Shown piece after piece: positions 59,299 to 64,000 of a stretch of DNA of 64,000 nt. The stretch is from an uncultured Gemmatimonadales bacterium. Its GTDB lineage: Bacteria; Gemmatimonadota; Gemmatimonadetes; Gemmatimonadales; GWC2-71-9. A program made the translations under genes and the position numbers. The stretch lies in NCBI GenBank assembly GCA_963795085.1, contig CAWCFX010000001.1, positions 1-64,000 of the forward strand, given 5' to 3'. The notes beneath the pieces were generated by a model that was not told the DNA's origin, made no database searches, and saw only the letters and a list, made by a program, of their open reading frames with translations. Every line of letters begins with the position of its first letter. Position 1 is the first letter of the stretch.

Positions 59299-59395
59299 GG
59301 GGGAAATCTAACCGGTCCGCTTGACGGCCCGGTGTCGCGGGGGGCATACTGACTGGGCGGCCCCGGCCGCATGCCCCCACTCCAGGAGAGTTCCC

Positions 59396-60781
59396 ATGTC
59401 CCCCAGTGCGTTTCGCACGTGGCGTTCCGTCGCGGCCGCCGGCGCCATTCTCGCGGTCGCCGCCTGCGCGGACCAGCCCACCGCGCCTCCCGCGGCGCCG
59501 CCCTCCCAGGCTCGCGTCACCGCCGCCACCCTGACCCCGGTGCCCGGCCGATTCATCGTCCTGACCGAGCCCGGACGCCCTAGCGCCGTCGCCGGCCTGG
59601 CCAGTGCGTATCCCGGCCAGGTCGAACAGACCCACCGCGAAGCCGGTATTCTCCTGCTGCGTGACTTGACGGCAACCCAGCTTTCCAGCCTGTCGGCGAC
59701 GCCCCAGGTGACCCGGGTCGTCCAGGACATGTCGCTCCTGTGGATTCCGCCCGCCAGCGATATGCGCGCCGCTGTCATGGAAGCCAGTTCCGGTGTGGCC
59801 GCCCAGGGGACCGACCAGAGCGGAGCCCAGTTCTACGCGTTTCAGTGGAACATCCGCCAGGTCCAGGCGCCGGCGGCCTGGAACGCCACCCCCGGCGGAC
59901 TGGGAAAAATGGTGTGCGTGCTTGATACCGGGGTGGACCCGGGTCATCTGGATACCAATGGCAAGGTGGACCTGGGCCGCAGTGCTTCCATGGTCGCATC
60001 AGAGCCGTTCATCGAGGACCTCAACTTCCACGGCACCTTTGTCTCGGCGCTGGTCAGCAGTCGCGGCATCGCCATGGCCTCGGTGGCCCCCGACGCCATG
60101 CTCTGCGCCGTCAAGGTGCTCAACGTCAACGGTAGCGGTTCCTTCGGCGACGTGATCAACGGCATCCTCTTCGCCGCCGGCAACGGCTCGGATGTGATCA
60201 ACATGAGCCTGGGCGCCTACATCGACCGGTCAGTCCCGGGATCCGATGTCCTGACGGACGCCCTTCAGCGCGCCATCAACATCGCCACCGACCGCGGAGT
60301 CCTGGTCGTGACCTCGAGCGGAAACGACGGGATCAACCTCGACGAGGACGGCCCCCAGTTCGCCCATATCCCTTCCCAGCTTCGCAACGTGATCAGCGTG
60401 GGGGGGACCGCGCCCATCAACCAGCAGAACTTTGACCTGCTGGCCTCGTACTCGAACTTCGGCGGCCGCACCGGCCTGCACCTGGTCGCGCCCGGGGGTG
60501 ACCTGGTAGCCGGAGGCGCGACACCGGACCTGGTGCTCTCCGCCTGTAGTCGCTACAGCGTCTTTTTCAACTGCGGCAGCGGTCTCAGCTACCTGTTCGG
60601 AGCAGGCACCAGTTTCGCTTCCCCGGTCGTCGCCGGCGCGGCGGCGGTGGTGGAGTCCCAGCAGGGCCCGCTCTCGCCGACAGCGTTGGGCGCCTGCGTC
60701 ATCCGATCGGCTGACCCCGTGGGCCCGGCCCGGATCTTCGGCAACGGGAGGCTCAACGTGATGGCCGCATCCGGCTGCTGA
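59396..60781 (+). CDS. S8 subtilisin-like serine protease, lipoprotein
   Basis: Lipobox AVAAC; VLDTGVD, HGTFV, SSGND, GTSFASP. Confidence 0.93.
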   Translation: MSPSAFRTWRSVAAAGAILAVAACADQPTAPPAAPPSQARVTAATLTPVPGRFIVLTEPGRPSAVAGLASAYPGQVEQTHREAGILLLRDLTATQLSSLSATPQVTRVVQDMSLLWIPPASDMRAAVMEASSGVAAQGTDQSGAQFYAFQWNIRQVQAPAAWNATPGGLGKMVCVLDTGVDPGHLDTNGKVDLGRSASMVASEPFIEDLNFHGTFVSALVSSRGIAMASVAPDAMLCAVKVLNVNGSGSFGDVINGILFAAGNGSDVINMSLGAYIDRSVPGSDVLTDALQRAINIATDRGVLVVTSSGNDGINLDEDGPQFAHIPSQLRNVISVGGTAPINQQNFDLLASYSNFGGRTGLHLVAPGGDLVAGGATPDLVLSACSRYSVFFNCGSGLSYLFGAGTSFASPVVAGAAAVVESQQGPLSPTALGACVIRSADPVGPARIFGNGRLNVMAASGC

Positions 60782-60841
60782 GCAGTTCTCAGCTGTACCA
60801 GCAGGATGCCTGACATGTTCCAAGTTGTTGATTGGTATATA

Positions 60842-60897
60842 CTTACAGGCTCCTCGGCCGCTGAACCCGGCGGCCCGAGGGGCCCGTAGTTTTTTAT
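60842..60897 (+). terminator. Probable intrinsic terminator downstream of the S8 gene
   Basis: Long hairpin TACAGGC-CCTCGG...CCGAGG-GCCCGTA followed by a T run. Confidence 0.5.
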
Positions 60898-60966
60898 CGG
60901 AAGCTCGCTCATTCCCCGGTCCCACCCCTGCAACCAACGGGGCCATTCCCGCATCTTTAACGAACC

Positions 60967-61506
60967 ATGGCCGAACTCCTCGCAATCGCGAACGCCGACG
61001 TTGTCCTGGCCCGGGCCCGCACCGGTGACGCCGAAGCTCTCGAGACCCTGTTCCGGGCCTACGAGGGGCCGGTGTACAACCTGGTTCGCCGGATCTGCCG
61101 GACCGCGGAGGACGCGGAGGACGTCCTGCAGGAGACGTTCTTTGAAGTCTGCCGCAACATCCGGCAGTACCGGGGCGAGGGCAGCCTCTGGGGCTGGATC
61201 CGTACGGTAGCGTCCAGCAAGGCATTGATGCGGCTGCGGCGCAACAAGTACCGGGACACCGACGATCTGGCGGACGAAATTTCACCGGCCCGGAAGGAAG
61301 ACACCCTGCTCCGCATGGACCTCGAAGCGGCCCTGGAGCGGTTGCCGGAAATGTCCCGCGCCGTGGTGTGGCTGCACGATGTCGAGGGGTACACCCATGA
61401 GGAAATCGCCGGGATGATGGGTAAGACGGTGAGCTTTTCGAAGTCGCAACTGGCGCGGGCCCATGCCCGGCTGCGACGGTGGTTGGGAGAGGAGGCTGTC
61501 GTATGA
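60967..61506 (+). CDS. ECF RNA polymerase sigma factor
   Basis: DAEDVLQETF; WIRTVA; ALERLP...VVWLHDVEGYTHEEIA...SKSQLARA. Confidence 0.95.
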   Translation: MAELLAIANADVVLARARTGDAEALETLFRAYEGPVYNLVRRICRTAEDAEDVLQETFFEVCRNIRQYRGEGSLWGWIRTVASSKALMRLRRNKYRDTDDLADEISPARKEDTLLRMDLEAALERLPEMSRAVVWLHDVEGYTHEEIAGMMGKTVSFSKSQLARAHARLRRWLGEEAVV

Positions 61507-62111
61507 ATCATCTGAACATGGAACAACTGATCCAGTTGCGCGGGCCGGCCACCGATCCGGGGACCGGTGATGCCCGGGCGCACCTGGATACCTGCCCTGC
61601 CTGCCAGGCTGAACTCGATCGTCTGCACCAGCGGGTGGCGCGGTTGCGCGCCCTGCCATCGATGCGGCCCGCCCGCGATGCCTGGCCTTCCGTCCGGACG
61701 CGGGTGGCCGCCGAGCGGCACCAGCAGCAGACCCGCTGGATGGGCATTGCCGGACTCGCCATGGCCGCCGCGGTGATCCTCGCGGTCATCGTGACCGATG
61801 TGTCCAATGTCGAAGATCTCGGTGCATCCACGGCGGTGGCGATCGACTCGGCCAAGGCGCAGTCGCGGCAACTGGAGAGTGCCATTCAGCAGTACGACCC
61901 GGAACGCAGGGTGACCGACGGCCGGACCGCCAGGGTGGCCGCCGAGCTGGAGTACCAGATCGCCGAACTGGACCGCGAACTGCAGCGGGTCCAGCTGGCG
62001 GAAGACCTGGCCCGGGAACAGCGGACTCTGCGCCTCTGGCGCCAGCGGGTTGGACTGCTGGACGCGCTGGTGGACGTCCACGTCACCCGCGCCAGCAACG
62101 TGGGATTGTAG
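61503..62111 (+). CDS. Zinc-binding (HxxxCxxC) membrane anti-sigma factor
   Basis: ATGA overlap with the sigma gene; HLDTCPAC; single TM. Confidence 0.85.
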   Translation: MNHLNMEQLIQLRGPATDPGTGDARAHLDTCPACQAELDRLHQRVARLRALPSMRPARDAWPSVRTRVAAERHQQQTRWMGIAGLAMAAAVILAVIVTDVSNVEDLGASTAVAIDSAKAQSRQLESAIQQYDPERRVTDGRTARVAAELEYQIAELDRELQRVQLAEDLAREQRTLRLWRQRVGLLDALVDVHVTRASNVGL

Positions 62112-62121
62112 GATCCGGCCC

Positions 62122-62991
62122 ATGACACGAGAACGCGCCTGGATGGCGGTGGCCCTGGCGGCCGGCATGGCGGCTTCGGCTTCGGCCCAGGAACGGGAGC
62201 GGGTGCCCCCGCCCACCGTCCAGGAACGGATCCGGGTCGGCCCCACCGGCGACCGCGTCTACCGTTTCAGTAACCGGGGCAAGATGGGTATCACGGTCAA
62301 CATCCGTCCCCAGGCCACCGACTCCATCGGGGCGCTGGTGGACGCGGTGAGTCCCGGAAGCCCGGCCTTCAAGGCAGGAATCCAGGCCGGTGACCTCATC
62401 GTCCGGTTCAACGGCCAGTCAGTTGTGACCCTGGCCCGCGAGGGGCGGAAGCCGTCTCCCGGCCTCGCCCTCCTCGAGGTCGCTTCAACCCTGAACGCGG
62501 GAGATACGGCACGGGTGGACTACCGGCGGGGCCGCAGTCGCGGCAACGCCACCATCGTGCTCGAGCCGGCTTCGGAGTACGCCTTCACCACCCAGTTCCT
62601 GGAGCGGGGCCCGGGCGAGGACGTGTTTATCGCGCGAGAATGGTCGGAAGGCATGCCGCCCGCCCTCAGTATGCAGGAAGAGTCTTTCGAGCGGGTCCCG
62701 TTCATGCTGCCTTACAAGAGCATCGCCACGCTCGAGCTGGCTCCCATGAACGCCGGCCTGGGGCAGTACTTCGGGGTGTCCACCGGCGTACTGGTGATCA
62801 ATACCCCCGATGGGTCCAGCCTGAATCTCAAGAGCGGGGACGTGGTGATGACCATCGATGGCCGACGGGTCTCCAGCCCCAACCAGCTGTTTCGCGTACT
62901 TCGCAGCTACGATCGGGGTGAGCCGTTCCGGCTCGAGGTGATGCGCATGAAGCGAAAGGAAGTGGTGCGGGCTACCCTGGAGGACCGCTGA
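62122..62991 (+). CDS. Exported tandem-PDZ protein
   Basis: Signal peptide; VSPGSPAFKAGIQAGDLIVRFNG; LKSGDVVMTIDG. No protease motif. Confidence 0.85.
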   Translation: MTRERAWMAVALAAGMAASASAQERERVPPPTVQERIRVGPTGDRVYRFSNRGKMGITVNIRPQATDSIGALVDAVSPGSPAFKAGIQAGDLIVRFNGQSVVTLAREGRKPSPGLALLEVASTLNAGDTARVDYRRGRSRGNATIVLEPASEYAFTTQFLERGPGEDVFIAREWSEGMPPALSMQEESFERVPFMLPYKSIATLELAPMNAGLGQYFGVSTGVLVINTPDGSSLNLKSGDVVMTIDGRRVSSPNQLFRVLRSYDRGEPFRLEVMRMKRKEVVRATLEDR

Positions 62992-63023
62992 GTTCCCGGC
63001 GCCCGCACCGGAGTTAAAAGACG

Positions 63024-63058
63024 AAGGCACGAGATCTCATGGATTTCGTGCCTTTTTT
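63024..63058 (+). terminator. Intrinsic terminator between convergent genes
   Basis: AAGGCACGAGATC...GATTTCGTGCCTTTTTT. Confidence 0.7.
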
Positions 63059-63078
63059 GCCGGGGCCGCGCGGCTGGC

Positions 63079-63321
63079 CTATTCCTGCTGCTGGGGCGCA
63101 AACAGGAAGGTTTCCATGTTGCTGAAGAGGAACTCCTTGGCCTTGGCATCGCGCGGGTCCAGCGCGTAATGATTCATCAACTGCTTCTGGGTGGTCAGCC
63201 ACTCCTGCCAGCAGGCATTGCAGATCTGCTGAAAGACCTTGAGGCCGATCTCGTTCTGAAAGGGGCGAAACGGCATCTGCTCACGTTCCTGCCCGCACCG
63301 GGTGCATGGGATGTCTGCCAT
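63079..63321 (-). CDS. yggX: Oxidative damage protection / Fe(II) trafficking protein (YggX family)
   Basis: PF..EIG.KV...IC..CWQEWL..Q..LMNHY.LD.......FL...ME.FLF. Confidence 0.85.
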   Translation of the reverse strand: MADIPCTRCGQEREQMPFRPFQNEIGLKVFQQICNACWQEWLTTQKQLMNHYALDPRDAKAKEFLFSNMETFLFAPQQQE

Positions 63322-63339
63322 GAGCGAAAGCTAGCAGGC

Positions 63340-63624
63340 TCAGCGAGTGACCGCAGTCCCCCGCCGCAGGGCCTTTACGCCGCTGGCCGTGCCGAGTCCG
63401 GCCCCAATGCCAAACAGGGCGCTGGCGGTTGCGGTCACCAGGGGAAGGGCCGAGATCGGCCAGGTCAGCAGCATCCCCAGCGCGGCGATGAAGAAGGGTG
63501 CGGCCGGGTTGTAGATGGCGTCCACGAAGCGAAGCCGGCGAGCCACGAAACGGCGGGTGGCCAGAAAACCAACCAGGCCGGCGGCGAGGGTAATGGCGGC
63601 ACTGACCCAGGAAAAGATGAACAT
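63340..63624 (-). CDS. Small hypothetical membrane protein
   Basis: Three hydrophobic segments; RRFVARRLRFVDA. Confidence 0.7.
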   Translation of the reverse strand: MFIFSWVSAAITLAAGLVGFLATRRFVARRLRFVDAIYNPAAPFFIAALGMLLTWPISALPLVTATASALFGIGAGLGTASGVKALRRGTAVTR

Positions 63625-63754
63625 AGGTTGCTCACGCGTAGGAGTTTAGCGAACTTGTGTGTTCCAGTACGGAACGCCTCGCGGCCAAGTTTCACCCATT
63701 CCGTGGGCACCGACCCACGACCAGCCGGCCCTCTCGTCCTCCAGGGCCGCGGTA

Positions 63755-64000
63755 TTACCATCGGATCGCCGCACTCCCCCACATGAACCCGCTCCCAAAG
63801 GCGGTGACCACCAGCAGATCCCCGGGTTCCAGCCGCCCGGCCTTGACGCATTCATCGAGGGCAATCGGTATCGTGGCCGCGGTCGTGTTGCCGTAGTACA
63901 TGATGTTATTGAAGACCTGGTCGTCCCGCAGCTGCAGGCTCTTCTGGACGCCTTCCGCGATGCGGAGGTTGGCCTGGTGCGCGACCAGGAGCCTGATGTC
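63755..64000 (-). CDS. fabH: 3-oxoacyl-ACP synthase III (FabH-like), C-terminal part; runs off the window
   Basis: Read from 64000: DIRLLVAHQANLRI...NIMYYGNTTAATIPIALDE...AFGSGFMWGSAAIRW*. Not in the supplied ORF track. Confidence 0.88.
   Translation of the reverse strand, partial: DIRLLVAHQANLRIAEGVQKSLQLRDDQVFNNIMYYGNTTAATIPIALDECVKAGRLEPGDLLVVTAFGSGFMWGSAAIRW

Overview
A 64 kb GC-rich bacterial chromosomal segment from a diderm organism. SusC/SusD, several outer-membrane barrels, Hanks-type kinases and high GC suggest Gemmatimonadota, but this is inference only. The first ~5.2 kb is an accessory, defence-like island: a heavily frameshifted type I restriction subunit (hsdR), a UDG-like gene, a small Cys-rich ORF and a convergent DUF5131/TcmP pair. 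The rest is mostly intact housekeeping and envelope genes (gyrA, leuS, msrAB, DEAD-box helicase, partial fabH-like gene, kinases, a diguanylate cyclase, peptidases, an ECF sigma/anti-sigma/PDZ operon). Many intergenic gaps hold a mosaic family of palindromic, G-run, 8-bp and 95-bp repeats. Main candidates for new biology: (1) an IclR-cyanophycinase-SusC-SusD-Ntn asparaginase-Omp85 cluster (43.6-52.1 kb) that looks like a PUL-style cyanophycin or isoaspartyl-peptide utilisation locus; (2) two tandem CRP-box promoters driving putative structured sRNAs between convergent genes (53.8-54.3 kb); (3) the RM-linked UDG/DUF5131/TcmP island; (4) the modular repeat system. No rRNA, tRNA, CRISPR array or transposase was recognised. 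All family assignments come from motif recognition by eye; no database searches were run.
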